From Minisyncoccota bacterium (GTDB taxonomy: Bacteria > Patescibacteriota > Minisyncoccia > Phycocordibacterales > UBA918), in contig JAGOSI010000001.1 of NCBI GenBank assembly GCA_018062385.1, forward strand, positions 5,904 through 69,903: a DNA stretch of 64,000 nucleotides, given 5' to 3'. A model generated the notes under the pieces. It made no database searches, was not told the DNA's origin, and saw only the letters and a list, made by a program, of their open reading frames with translations. A program made the position numbers and the translations under genes. Below are positions 1 to 8,869 of the stretch, in pieces. Every line of letters begins with the position of its first letter. Position 1 is the first letter of the stretch.

Positions 1-504
1 TCTGAAACAGCTAAGCCAAAAGTTGGTAATCGTTTACCACTAAAAGCGATTCCAGTTGGTACTTTTGTATACAACGTGGAATTAAAACCAGGTGCTGGTG
101 CAAAAATTGCTCGCTCTGCTGGTAATCACATTGAAGTCGTTGCCCAAGACGTGAATTACACTCTACTAAAGATGCCTTCAACCGAAATTCGTAAAGTAAT
201 TTCAACTGCTTGGGCATCAATCGGTTCAGTATCAAACGAAGAACACCGCTTGGTGGATCTCGGTAAAGCTGGTCGCGCTCGTCATATGGGACTTCGTCCA
301 AAGACTCGTGGTTCAGCTAAAAACGCTGTGGATCACCCACATGGAGGAGGTGAAGGTCGCGCTCCAAGAGGACATCGCCGTGCTCGTACAAAGCAAGGTC
401 GTCCAACTGGAAAGGGACAAAAGACTCGTTCTCCAAAGAAGCATTCAAATGTATTTATTGTCGAACGTCGGAAGCCAGGTCGGCTGATGGGCGGGAAGAG
501 ATAA
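1..504 (+). CDS. rplB: 50S ribosomal protein L2, C-terminal part (5' end lies upstream of window)
   Basis: Frame 1 from position 1 reads ...IPVGTFVYNVELKPGAGAKIARSAG...HPHGGGEGRAP... to stop at 502-504; conserved L2 C-terminal motifs. Confidence 0.9.
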   Translation, partial: SETAKPKVGNRLPLKAIPVGTFVYNVELKPGAGAKIARSAGNHIEVVAQDVNYTLLKMPSTEIRKVISTAWASIGSVSNEEHRLVDLGKAGRARHMGLRPKTRGSAKNAVDHPHGGGEGRAPRGHRRARTKQGRPTGKGQKTRSPKKHSNVFIVERRKPGRLMGGKR

Positions 505-512
505 ACAAAAAA

Positions 513-541
513 GTCACTACGCAAGTAGTGACTTTTTTGTT
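513..541 (+). terminator. Rho-independent terminator after rplB (gtcactac-gcaa-gtagtgac + T-run)
   Basis: Perfect 8-bp stem, 4-nt loop, followed by TTTTTTGTTT; unexpectedly ends the operon before rpsS. Confidence 0.7.
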
Positions 542-703
542 TAGCAAGCAACTTGAGTTGCGTGCGTATCTCTTCCCGAGTCGCAGTGATATTTTTCTTT
601 CTCAAAAAGAAAAATCACGAGACGGGGTCGCGAACACTTAGTAGATTTGGAGTCAAAAACGAACAAATATACTTAGTGATTCGTGACGAAAGCGGTAAAA
701 CAA

Positions 704-734
704 CAAAAAACCCCTTACGCAGGGGTGTTTTTTG
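704..734. terminator. Bidirectional terminator (A-run, cccct-tacgc-agggg, T-run)
   Basis: Hairpin flanked by A7 and T7 runs immediately downstream of the minus-strand gene ending at 744. Confidence 0.6.
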
Positions 735-743
735 TGACTTTTG

Positions 744-1277
744 TTACACGGTTTTCTTAATGCTGCTGGCTAACATAAAGCTAATTACTATAGGCCATAT
801 AGTGTAAATCAAAACCATTGCATAGTAATCATTATTAAGTATAAGATTGTAGATTGCAGATGGTATAAGACCTCCAACTAATAATATAAGTATTATATTA
901 AATAAAGGAATGGTTTCATTGTTTTGTTTTATAACCATTTTAAAGCCTACGGTTAATATCAGAGCGCCAATTAGACCGCCAATAAACAGGCTATGATTTT
1001 CTAATTTGGAAAATTCTCCCGAGCTATCTTGCGCGGAAATAAAAAAAGCAATCAAATAACTGATTGTACAAAATTTTAACCAAATGTATTTTGTGTTTCT
1101 TTTTGGATATTTGGCCAATATTACTTTTAGGGTAATTAGTCCATAAATAAGACCAGCTCCTAAAATTATAAGTAACATAAAACCCCCTTCAAATTCAGTT
1201 ATTAGACTTAGAATACCTGACAAAAAAGCCAAGCTAGTAAATTGTTGTCTAAAACTTAGGCTATTAAAATAACTCAT
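744..1277 (-). CDS. hypothetical integral membrane protein (multiple predicted TM helices)
   Basis: 177-aa ORF, hydrophobic segments; no recognisable family. Confidence 0.5.
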   Translation of the reverse strand: MSYFNSLSFRQQFTSLAFLSGILSLITEFEGGFMLLIILGAGLIYGLITLKVILAKYPKRNTKYIWLKFCTISYLIAFFISAQDSSGEFSKLENHSLFIGGLIGALILTVGFKMVIKQNNETIPLFNIILILLVGGLIPSAIYNLILNNDYYAMVLIYTIWPIVISFMLASSIKKTV

Positions 1278-1367
1278 TGATATTTTTGTTTAGGTGATAA
1301 AATTTTTAATTTTAGTATTGTATCATTACATTTTTTTATTAAGTATATTTAAAACTGATTTTAAATA

Positions 1368-1688
1368 TTACACCCCTGGCTTTTTCTCCCTCGTCTTAAA
1401 TTCCGTGTTGGTAAATTTCTTGTGAGTAGATAAAGCGGAGAAAATGTGCGGAGCTAAATCGGAGTTGCAATGCACGGCTACCTTTTGGATACCTTGGCCA
1501 GAAATTATCAGCTCCATGCCGGCGTTGGTAAAGCAGGCAGTAATACGGCGTTTACCACTTTGGCTTTTTCCCTGAGTGATTATTCCTGGGGAAATCATTT
1601 CTACCCCCGGAATAGTTTCCAGTATGGTGACCACGGTTTCAGCTGTTTCGGTCAAGGTGGTGTGTGTTCCACCACGTAGGTTTTTCAT
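1368..1688 (-). CDS. hypothetical protein, possibly a fragment of a Rossmann-fold (LOG/DprA-like) protein
   Basis: 106-aa ORF; motif RGGTHTTLTE weakly resembles GGxGTxxE of LOG family, but the N-terminal half is absent; alternative plus-strand ORF 1470-1679 overlaps. Confidence 0.25.
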   Translation of the reverse strand: MKNLRGGTHTTLTETAETVVTILETIPGVEMISPGIITQGKSQSGKRRITACFTNAGMELIISGQGIQKVAVHCNSDLAPHIFSALSTHKKFTNTEFKTREKKPGV

Positions 1689-1778
1689 TACTTTCAGTAT
1701 AACATTATATATAAATAGACAAATTAATTATTTTTTTTACTAATTTCATATGTTATAGTAATAAATAAGCCATATATT

Positions 1779-2303
1779 ATGCCAAATAAAGAACTTGTCG
1801 ATTACATAAATAGCTCACTTTCCGCAGGCGAATCTCCCGAAAAGATTAGAGTAAATTTGATAACTTCAGGATGGAAGGAGGAGGAAATAGATGATGTTTT
1901 AAATAAATTAGTCTCTATTTTTGATGCTAATAATCCAATAGTTGATTTTGATTTTGAGATTAAGCATGAAGTTGGTCATGAAGTTAACTCACAAAATTAT
2001 CCTAATCAAAATCAAAAAAAAGATTTGAGCCCACTTTACTATTTACTAGGGGCTCTTATTTTAGATGTTGTAGGTTTTGGAGTGTGTGCGATGGGACCAT
2101 CTGCATATATTTCACTGTTCACAATCATTTATCTTTCAGCAGCCGTGCTTGCTTTTATTAGTATTATAAAAATTAACCAAGTCGACCAAATAACAGGATT
2201 AAAAAGAAATATCTTATTAAGAATTATTATAACTATCTTAGCTCTGGCTGTAGGTGGGTGGGGTCTTTTGTGGGGTGTCTGGGGTATTGGGGGAGCGTTA
2301 TAA
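1779..2303 (+). CDS. hypothetical membrane protein with N-terminal soluble domain
   Basis: 174-aa ORF; charged N-terminus, 3-4 hydrophobic helices, Gly/Trp-rich C-terminus. Confidence 0.5.
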   Translation: MPNKELVDYINSSLSAGESPEKIRVNLITSGWKEEEIDDVLNKLVSIFDANNPIVDFDFEIKHEVGHEVNSQNYPNQNQKKDLSPLYYLLGALILDVVGFGVCAMGPSAYISLFTIIYLSAAVLAFISIIKINQVDQITGLKRNILLRIIITILALAVGGWGLLWGVWGIGGAL

Positions 2304-2312
2304 ATAGAATTC

Positions 2313-3044
2313 ATGGAAGTTATATTTCATTACGCTACTGACTTGCTGGCCACTATCATTGGTGTTCATTTATATTTACGATCTAGAAATAAGGATTTAA
2401 TTCGTGAAGAATATCGTATATATATAATCATCGGAGCTTTAATCGGAGCTTTAATTTTTAGTCGTTTGATAGCGGCTTTTGAAAATCCTGAACTTTTTCT
2501 TAATCCTCCAAATTATTTTTATTATTTTTCTGGTAAGACAATCATTGGTGGAATTGTTGGTGGTATTTTGGGTATTGAAATAGCAAAAAAAGTACTTGGA
2601 ATAAAAGTCTGGACAGGTAATCGTGCTTTGGTGCCATTAATTGTAGCAATAATAATTGGTCGGATCGGATGTTTTGTGGCTGGAGTTCAAGATGGTACAG
2701 TCGGTGGAGTTTGTAATTATTTTTGGTGTTTGGAACAGGGAGATGGATTGCTAAGGCATCCAAACTCACTTTATGAAATAACTTTTCTTTTGCTATTTCT
2801 TGTCGGCTACTATTTTGCCAAAAAATCAACTTATCCCACTATAATCTTTTTAGTTGAGACACCGGGTATAGCTTTTAGAACTTTTATTATTTTGTATTTT
2901 TCTTTGCGTTTTGGAATAGAGTTTTTAAAAGATACCAATCCAATTATTCTTGGTTTAAATAGTATTCAATTAATTTGTCTACCTTTTATTGTGTGGTACA
3001 TAAATGATTTGAGGTATAAATATTTTTCTCGCCAAGGTGTTTAA
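2313..3044 (+). CDS. lgt: prolipoprotein diacylglyceryl transferase (Lgt) family protein
   Basis: IIGRIGCFVAG(V)QDG resembles the Lgt GR(L)GNF(I)NGE signature, and LRHPNSLYE matches the Lgt HPSQLYE motif; polytopic membrane protein; 243 aa is short for Lgt. Confidence 0.6.
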   Translation: MEVIFHYATDLLATIIGVHLYLRSRNKDLIREEYRIYIIIGALIGALIFSRLIAAFENPELFLNPPNYFYYFSGKTIIGGIVGGILGIEIAKKVLGIKVWTGNRALVPLIVAIIIGRIGCFVAGVQDGTVGGVCNYFWCLEQGDGLLRHPNSLYEITFLLLFLVGYYFAKKSTYPTIIFLVETPGIAFRTFIILYFSLRFGIEFLKDTNPIILGLNSIQLICLPFIVWYINDLRYKYFSRQGV

Positions 3045-3112
3045 GTTGTGTTAGATTACCCTCGTTGTTCTTTAGTAGTTCTTTTCATAAAACTCTTTGA
3101 TAGGGGAATATA

Positions 3113-4489
3113 ATGAGTCATAATCGAGAAGTTGTAACCTCAGGGGGTGAGTGTTGTGGTAACACTTTAACCCTAGACCATTTTTGTGGTAACGGGGCAC
3201 TTTTAGTAAAAAACAAGCGTTCCAGATGTAATGAATGTTTCAGTGATGTACCAGCCGAGGTCTGGCGATCAAATGATAGTCCACCGCGTATTTATATGCG
3301 TAAGTATTGTTCAGATCATGGTGTTACCAGCTCAAGACTGTCTAGTGACGCCCAGTTCTATTTTTTACCAAAAAATGGAGAAGTTAATTGTTGTGCACCT
3401 GGTAGTGATTGTTCAACCTCTCCGCTTGGTGAAAACGCAATAACTGCTAGTCAATTACATACCTGTACTTTGGTAATTGAGATTGTGTATGATTGTAATC
3501 TGTCTTGTGAGACTTGTTATGCAAATAGTCCAAAAGCTTCTGGTGGAATAAGTAGTAATTATCTATCTTTTGATGATTTTCAGTCACAAGTATTGAGTGT
3601 TCTTGATAAGCAGGGCAAGATTGATATCCTACAACTTTCTGGAGGTGAACCAACTCTTCATCCTGAGCTAATGCGTATTTTGTCTTGGCTTAAAAATGAA
3701 CCAAGAGTTACAGATGTACTTCTAAATACCAACGGTACTCGCCTTATCGATCCGTTGTTTGTAGGTGAGCTTGCTAAAAATATCCCTCAAGGTAAATTCG
3801 GAATCTACTTGCAGTATGATGGTGATCTTGAGGCTGGACAGAATGAGTTGAGGGGAGGTGATTTTCGTTACATTAGAAGTCGAGCGATAGATAGGTGTAA
3901 AGAGGTAAATATTCCAATTGCTTTAGTAATGACAGTATCACATGATAATAAATTTGATTGCCCATCTGCACTTAATCGTGCACTTCAAGATGATCATGTG
4001 CGTTGGGTAGTATATCAACCTGAATTTATTTCCGGCAGGAACGATAAAACTAAGAAATTGGAAATCCCAATTAATGTCGCTGATGTTATTCATAGCGTGG
4101 CAAAGGGAAGTGTTATGGATTTAGGTTCATGGATGCCCTTGCCGTGTAGTCATCCGAATTGTGGCACTATAGGATTTCTTGTTCGTAAAAATGGGCAGTG
4201 GTTTCCGGTATCTGACTTTGTCGAAATGAAGCAATTTACTCCACTAATAGTAAATCGTATGAATTTTGATGTGGATGATGCGCTGGATGCTTGTGGTTGT
4301 GATAACTATAGTCTATCTGAATATCTTGAAAGGTTAGGAATTTCTAAACAGGATATAAAGATGGTTTTTATTAAGCCATTCATGGATGCAAGAACTTGGG
4401 ATACGGATCGTATCGAAGCATGTTGTACTCATGTTCTAACTCCTGAAGGCAAGGTGGATAGTTTTTGCCGTTATTACGGTAGTAAGTAG
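3113..4489 (+). CDS. radical SAM enzyme with ~120-aa Cys-rich N-terminal extension and Cys-rich C-terminal (possible auxiliary Fe-S) region
   Basis: CNLSCETCY = CxxxCxxC radical SAM motif preceded by a conserved aromatic; N-terminal region has CC, CG, CxxC and CCxxxxxC clusters; C-terminus has CSHPNC, CGC and CC....C. Confidence 0.7.
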   Translation: MSHNREVVTSGGECCGNTLTLDHFCGNGALLVKNKRSRCNECFSDVPAEVWRSNDSPPRIYMRKYCSDHGVTSSRLSSDAQFYFLPKNGEVNCCAPGSDCSTSPLGENAITASQLHTCTLVIEIVYDCNLSCETCYANSPKASGGISSNYLSFDDFQSQVLSVLDKQGKIDILQLSGGEPTLHPELMRILSWLKNEPRVTDVLLNTNGTRLIDPLFVGELAKNIPQGKFGIYLQYDGDLEAGQNELRGGDFRYIRSRAIDRCKEVNIPIALVMTVSHDNKFDCPSALNRALQDDHVRWVVYQPEFISGRNDKTKKLEIPINVADVIHSVAKGSVMDLGSWMPLPCSHPNCGTIGFLVRKNGQWFPVSDFVEMKQFTPLIVNRMNFDVDDALDACGCDNYSLSEYLERLGISKQDIKMVFIKPFMDARTWDTDRIEACCTHVLTPEGKVDSFCRYYGSK

Positions 4490-4640
4490 CGTTATTTTTA
4501 GGAAACACCAAGCATTTTTTGCTTGGTGTTTTTTGTCTCTATAAACCGCTAATTCAAAGTCTCGTGTTGGTAATTGTTTGCTAATTACTTAAAGTGGAAA
4601 TGTTATACTGGAGCATTATCTAAATTTTAATTAATTCCTT

Positions 4641-5849
4641 ATGAATGTTTTTGCCGATAATCGCTTCAGTCTAATATTTATCGTTAGTCTTTTGTCAGCT
4701 TTGTTATTTTTAGTCACCCCATCATTTTCTCAAGCCCAAGTGCCAGGAGATTGTGGCTTCACTGCTACTTTGGAGCTGGGTTCCGACAGTGAGGAGGTGC
4801 GTTGTTTGCAAAAGTATCTCAATGCCAGCGGTTTTGTAATTGCTGAGAGTGGCCCAGGTTCGGTTGGAAAGGAGACTTCTATGTTTCGAGCTCTTACTAA
4901 AGAAGCATTGATTAAATGGCAACAATCGCACAATATTACCCCGGCCACTGGCGTGTTTGGTGAAAAATCAAAAGCTACTTACTTACTTGATTTGGTTAAA
5001 AAATTAAGTAATGAACAAGGAGGTCAAAATGTGGTAGTAACAGACCCCGTACCAGATACTGAAGACACCGTCAGTGCTGATATACCCGACACTGATTCTG
5101 AGGCTAAGAATGACGCTGAGCGACAGATCACTTCTGCAATGGTAATGATCCTAGATACTTATGACGAACTAGACAATGTTCGTGATGATGATCCAGATGA
5201 GGCTGTAAATATTGAAGAAGATACACGTGAATCATTAAAGGATCTGTTAGAATCAATAAAGACTTATTTTGACGGTGACTATGACGAAGCCGGAAGTTTG
5301 GCCGAGGATGTTTTAAATGACGCTACCGATTCCTTTGAAGACGCTGGTGGAGAATCAGCTAAAAGCAAAGCTGAGGATATACTTGATGATGTTGAGGATT
5401 TCTATGATGATCTAGAAGAACTTATAGCTGATGCAGAGGATCAAAATGAAGATGTGGGCGACGCCCCAGATCTTTTAGAAGAAGCTCGAGATTTATTAGA
5501 TGAAGCTGAGGAAGCCTTTGCTGATGGTGTCTATAAGCAAGCCATCAGCGATGCTAATGACGCTGAAGATTTACTAAATGAGGCCGAAGATGAGATTGAT
5601 TTAGTGTCTGATCGTGACGCGGAGAAGTTGGTGAAGGAAGTTTGGGATCAATTTGACGAAGCGGAAGATGAATTATCTGAAGCTGAGACCAATGGTGAAG
5701 ATATTGACGAAGCGGAAGAATTACTTGATGATGCCAAGCGCAATCTAAAGAAGGCTGATATGGCGCTTGATGAAGAGGATTACTCCGAAGCCGTTGATTT
5801 GGCAGAAGAAGCCGAAGAATTGATTGAAGAAGCTTTGGATGAGCTGTAA
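4641..5849 (+). CDS. secreted protein with peptidoglycan-binding-like domain and long acidic (D/E-rich) repetitive C-terminal region
   Basis: Signal peptide ...PSFSQAQ; segment CLQKYLNASGF...GVFGEKSKATY resembles a PG_binding_1 domain; ~250 aa tail dominated by D/E with repeated EAEE/DEAE motifs. Confidence 0.6.
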   Translation: MNVFADNRFSLIFIVSLLSALLFLVTPSFSQAQVPGDCGFTATLELGSDSEEVRCLQKYLNASGFVIAESGPGSVGKETSMFRALTKEALIKWQQSHNITPATGVFGEKSKATYLLDLVKKLSNEQGGQNVVVTDPVPDTEDTVSADIPDTDSEAKNDAERQITSAMVMILDTYDELDNVRDDDPDEAVNIEEDTRESLKDLLESIKTYFDGDYDEAGSLAEDVLNDATDSFEDAGGESAKSKAEDILDDVEDFYDDLEELIADAEDQNEDVGDAPDLLEEARDLLDEAEEAFADGVYKQAISDANDAEDLLNEAEDEIDLVSDRDAEKLVKEVWDQFDEAEDELSEAETNGEDIDEAEELLDDAKRNLKKADMALDEEDYSEAVDLAEEAEELIEEALDEL

Positions 5850-5879
5850 AAAACTGAATTTAACCAAAAAATATCAGAA

Positions 5880-5916
5880 AACTGAGTTTTCCAGAGGGTA
5901 AACTCGGTTTTTTTCA
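5880..5916 (+). terminator. Rho-independent terminator after acidic-protein gene
   Basis: aactgagttt...aaactcggtt 10-bp stem (one G-U), followed by T7. Confidence 0.65.
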
Positions 5917-5937
5917 TCGGCAATATGTACGTTTTCA

Positions 5938-5966
5938 TTGACTTTTCCGTCTTTTTTCGGTACTCT
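5938..5966 (+). promoter_or_regulatory. sigma70-like promoter of rpsS sub-operon: TTGACT-N17-TACTCT
   Basis: -35 TTGACT at 5938-5943, 17-nt spacer, -10 TACTCT at 5961-5966; the module TTTTTCGGTACT(C/G)TAGC recurs upstream of rpsN at 10011-10031. Confidence 0.6.
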
Positions 5967-6154
5967 AGCCAAGTTCCAACCTCAGTGAGGAGTTAAGAAT
6001 CTATCTAAATTCTTAGTGTCACCTCACAAAAAGTTAAGAAGAAGTTGATTTATAAAGCTTTGAGAACCTCTGTTAAGGACGGCCGTTACCTTTCTTTACA
6101 AGAGGTTCTCAAAAAACGCATTATCAATGCGTTATTATTCGTATAGTTAAATGT

Positions 6155-6496
6155 ATGTCACGATCACTCTATAAAGGACCATACGTAGATGAGAAGTTGC
6201 TGAAGAAGATCGCCGGTAAAAAACCCGGAGAGAGTGTTGTCATCAAGACTTGGGCGCGCGATAGCGTAATTGCTCCGGAAATGGTTGGCTTCACGTTTGG
6301 TGTCCATAACGGTAAAGAACATATTCCAGTTTCTGTTTCTGAAGAAATGGTAGGTCACCGTTTAGGAGAATTTTCACCAACTAAGAAATTCCATCGTCAC
6401 GGAGGTAAGATGCAAAAAGAACTTGAGCAGAAGAAGAAGCAAGCTGAAATTGATGCTGCAAAAGCCGCTAAATCAGCTTCCTCTAGTAAAAAGTAG
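6155..6496 (+). CDS. rpsS: 30S ribosomal protein S19 with Lys/Ala-rich C-terminal extension
   Basis: [18 protein letters not shown]...[19 protein letters not shown] matches S19; extra C-terminal [20 protein letters not shown]. Confidence 0.95.
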   Translation: MSRSLYKGPYVDEKLLKKIAGKKPGESVVIKTWARDSVIAPEMVGFTFGVHNGKEHIPVSVSEEMVGHRLGEFSPTKKFHRHGGKMQKELEQKKKQAEIDAAKAAKSASSSKK

Positions 6497-6499
6497 GAT

Positions 6500-6823
6500 A
6501 TGAAAGCAATTCTAAAAAATTACCGTCAATCACCTCGTAAAGTACGTTTGGTGGCTGATGTGGTACGCGGAAAGAAAGTTACCGAAGCCCTTGCCATGCT
6601 CCGCTTTGTTGATAAGCGAGCGTCTGGTCCATTTGCTAAGGTTATCGAATCAGCTGTAGCCAATGCGGTACAAGCTGGTAAATCAACCGATCGTCTTTTT
6701 ATTAAGAAAGTAGCAGTTGATAAGGGAACGGTTTTGAAGAGATTCATGCCTCGTGCTCGCGGTTCTGCGTCACGCATTAATAAGCGAAATAGTCACATCT
6801 CAGTCGAACTCGGCGAGAAATAA
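6500..6823 (+). CDS. rplV: 50S ribosomal protein L22
   Basis: Sequence similarity to L22 (SPRKVRLVADVVRGK...); position after rpsS. Confidence 0.95.
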   Translation: MKAILKNYRQSPRKVRLVADVVRGKKVTEALAMLRFVDKRASGPFAKVIESAVANAVQAGKSTDRLFIKKVAVDKGTVLKRFMPRARGSASRINKRNSHISVELGEK

Positions 6824-6828
6824 TACCT

Positions 6829-7551
6829 ATGACACACGTAGCCCATCCATATGTTCAACGTATCGGGGTCAATCGCGATTGGAAGAGTCGTTGGTTTACT
6901 ACTGATCCAAAGAAGTTTCGTGAATATCTACGCTCTGATGCCGAAATTCGACGTCTTCTTGAGAAGAAGTTGAAAGGTATGTCAGTTGATAAGGTTGAAA
7001 TTGAACGCAACCAAAAAGATATTCGCATTATTATTAAAACTGCTCGTCCTGGACTTATTATTGGTCGTAGTGGAGAAGGAGTAATCAAGCTCAAGAAAGA
7101 GGTTGATATGTTACTTCGAACACAAAAGCTAACCAATAAACCAGAAATTAAGCTTGATATTGAAGAAGTTCGTTCTCCAGAATCAAGTGCTAACATTGTT
7201 GGACAAATGATTGCTGAAGGACTTGAGAAACGTCTCACTTTCCGTCGCGTCATGAAGCAAACGATTGAAAAAGTTATGGCCAATCGCGATGTAGAAGGAG
7301 TACGTATTATTCTTTCTGGTCGTCTTGGTGGAGCAGATATGGCACGAAAGGAGGAATTAAAGAAGGGTCGAATTCCTCTCCAAACTCTACGCGCAGATAT
7401 TGATTTTGCTCGTGTTACTGCTCGTCTACCTTATGGTGCGATTGGTATTAAGGTTTGGATTTATCGCGGACAAGTTTTTGCTGATCGTAAAAGCGGTCAA
7501 GCAGAAGCCGCTCCACGACAAAGTCAGTCTCGGGCACCTCGTAAAGGTTAA
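6829..7551 (+). CDS. rpsC: 30S ribosomal protein S3
   Basis: HPYVQRIGVNRDWKSRWF..., KH domain and conserved S3 C-terminal domain; synteny. Confidence 0.95.
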   Translation: MTHVAHPYVQRIGVNRDWKSRWFTTDPKKFREYLRSDAEIRRLLEKKLKGMSVDKVEIERNQKDIRIIIKTARPGLIIGRSGEGVIKLKKEVDMLLRTQKLTNKPEIKLDIEEVRSPESSANIVGQMIAEGLEKRLTFRRVMKQTIEKVMANRDVEGVRIILSGRLGGADMARKEELKKGRIPLQTLRADIDFARVTARLPYGAIGIKVWIYRGQVFADRKSGQAEAAPRQSQSRAPRKG

Positions 7552-7562
7552 TTAAAATACAT

Positions 7563-7997
7563 ATGTTATTTCCGAAAAAAGTAAAGCACCGTAAATGGCA
7601 AGTCGGTAGACAAAGCGAAGCTAAAAGAAACACTCCTGATACTCGAGGTATCACTGTGTCTTTTGGTACCTTTGGTCTTAAGGCGACTTCAGCATCACGT
7701 GTGCGTTCCAATCAAATTGAAGCGGCTCGTCGTGTAATCTCACGAACTATCGGCAAGACCGGAAAAATTTGGATCCGTATTTTCCCCGACAAGCCAATGA
7801 CCAAGAAAGCGGCTGAAGTACCGATGGGTAAGGGTAAAGGTGATTTGGATCATTATGTGTTTGAAGTTCATCCTGGACGTATTCTCTTTGAGGTACAAGG
7901 TGTCTCTGAAGAGGTAGCACGTGAAGCTTTTCGAAAGGCCTGCGCCAAGCTTCCATTACAAGGTAAGCTCGTTGGTCGCGAGGAAACGACAGCGTAA
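7563..7997 (+). CDS. rplP: 50S ribosomal protein L16
   Basis: [16 protein letters not shown]...; synteny. Confidence 0.95.
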   Translation: MLFPKKVKHRKWQVGRQSEAKRNTPDTRGITVSFGTFGLKATSASRVRSNQIEAARRVISRTIGKTGKIWIRIFPDKPMTKKAAEVPMGKGKGDLDHYVFEVHPGRILFEVQGVSEEVAREAFRKACAKLPLQGKLVGREETTA

Positions 7998-8008
7998 TAT
8001 ACTTACTT

Positions 8009-8209
8009 ATGATTAAAATGTCAGACATTAGAAATAAGTCGGAAGCAGAGCTGGTTGAGTTGGTAAATACTGCTCGCGAAACAGTTCGTGCTGAACGCTT
8101 TAAAGATAAATTCAGTCGCAAGGCTGGTATCATCAATGGTGCCAAGAAGGAAATTGCTCAGGCACTAACCGAATTAACAACTCGTCGTCGTAACAATGAC
8201 GCTAAATAA
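8009..8209 (+). CDS. rpmC: 50S ribosomal protein L29 (start may be the second ATG at 8018)
   Basis: ...SEAELVELVNTARETVRAERFK...; stop TAA overlaps rpsQ start (TAATG). Confidence 0.9.
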   Translation: MIKMSDIRNKSEAELVELVNTARETVRAERFKDKFSRKAGIINGAKKEIAQALTELTTRRRNNDAK

Positions 8210-8475
8210 TGAGTATGACTACTGAAAATACAACAACTGTATCAAATCGTCGTACCTTGCGTGGAACTGTAGTTTCAACCAAAATGCAAGACACTATAAC
8301 GGTAGCTGTCGAGCGTTATGTGAAGCATCCAAAATACAAGAAGTTCATGCGACGCACGAAGAAGTTTTTGGTACATGATGCAGGTAATACTGCGAAAGAA
8401 GGAGATGTGGTCGATATTAAGGAATCACGCCCGTTGTCAAAACGAAAGCGTTTCGAACTTGTAAAGACAAAATAG
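8209..8475 (+). CDS. rpsQ: 30S ribosomal protein S17
   Basis: ...RRTLRGTVVSTKMQDTITVAVER...; synteny. Confidence 0.95.
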   Translation: MSMTTENTTTVSNRRTLRGTVVSTKMQDTITVAVERYVKHPKYKKFMRRTKKFLVHDAGNTAKEGDVVDIKESRPLSKRKRFELVKTK

Positions 8476-8476
8476 T

Positions 8477-8848
8477 ATGATCCAGCCACAAACAATTGTT
8501 AAGATCACTGATAACTCTGGCGGTAAGATCGGTCGAGTATTTAAAGTACTTGGTGGATCAAAAAAGCGCTATGCAGAATTAGGTGAAGTCGTGGTGCTTT
8601 CAGTACAAGTTGCTGAGCCACGAAAGCAGATCAAGAAGAAAGATGTTGTGTACGGAGTGATTGTGCGTCAGCGCAAGCCTTTCCGTCGAAAGGATGGTTC
8701 ATACGTAAGTTTTGATGATAACGCCGTTGTTATTATCGACAAGGTAAAGAAGGAGCCTCGCGCTAACCGCGTGTTTGGTCCGATTCCTCGTGAACTATCA
8801 GAAGCTGGTTATCAGAAAATAGTCTCTCTAGCACCAGAGGTGGTATAA
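8477..8848 (+). CDS. rplN: 50S ribosomal protein L14
   Basis: MIQPQTIVKITDNSGGK...; synteny. Confidence 0.95.
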   Translation: MIQPQTIVKITDNSGGKIGRVFKVLGGSKKRYAELGEVVVLSVQVAEPRKQIKKKDVVYGVIVRQRKPFRRKDGSYVSFDDNAVVIIDKVKKEPRANRVFGPIPRELSEAGYQKIVSLAPEVV

Positions 8849-8869
8849 AGAGTCGTTAATGATATAGCT

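Noticed and set aside
541-700. Possible sRNA between the rplB terminator and the bidirectional terminator at 704-734
   Set aside because: Several hairpins are present, but there is no convincing promoter. The downstream terminator is fully explained by the convergent minus-strand gene. The evidence is insufficient.
1470-1679. Plus-strand ORF 1470-1679 as the real gene in place of the minus-strand ORF 1368-1688
   Set aside because: Neither is convincing. The minus-strand frame has a weak LOG-like motif, so it is reported at low confidence. The plus frame has no recognisable features or RBS.
4950-5849. Acidic repeat region as a nucleotide-level tandem repeat or CRISPR-like array
   Set aside because: The repetition is at the amino-acid compositional level (D/E/A codons) with no exact nucleotide periodicity. 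It is part of one long ORF.
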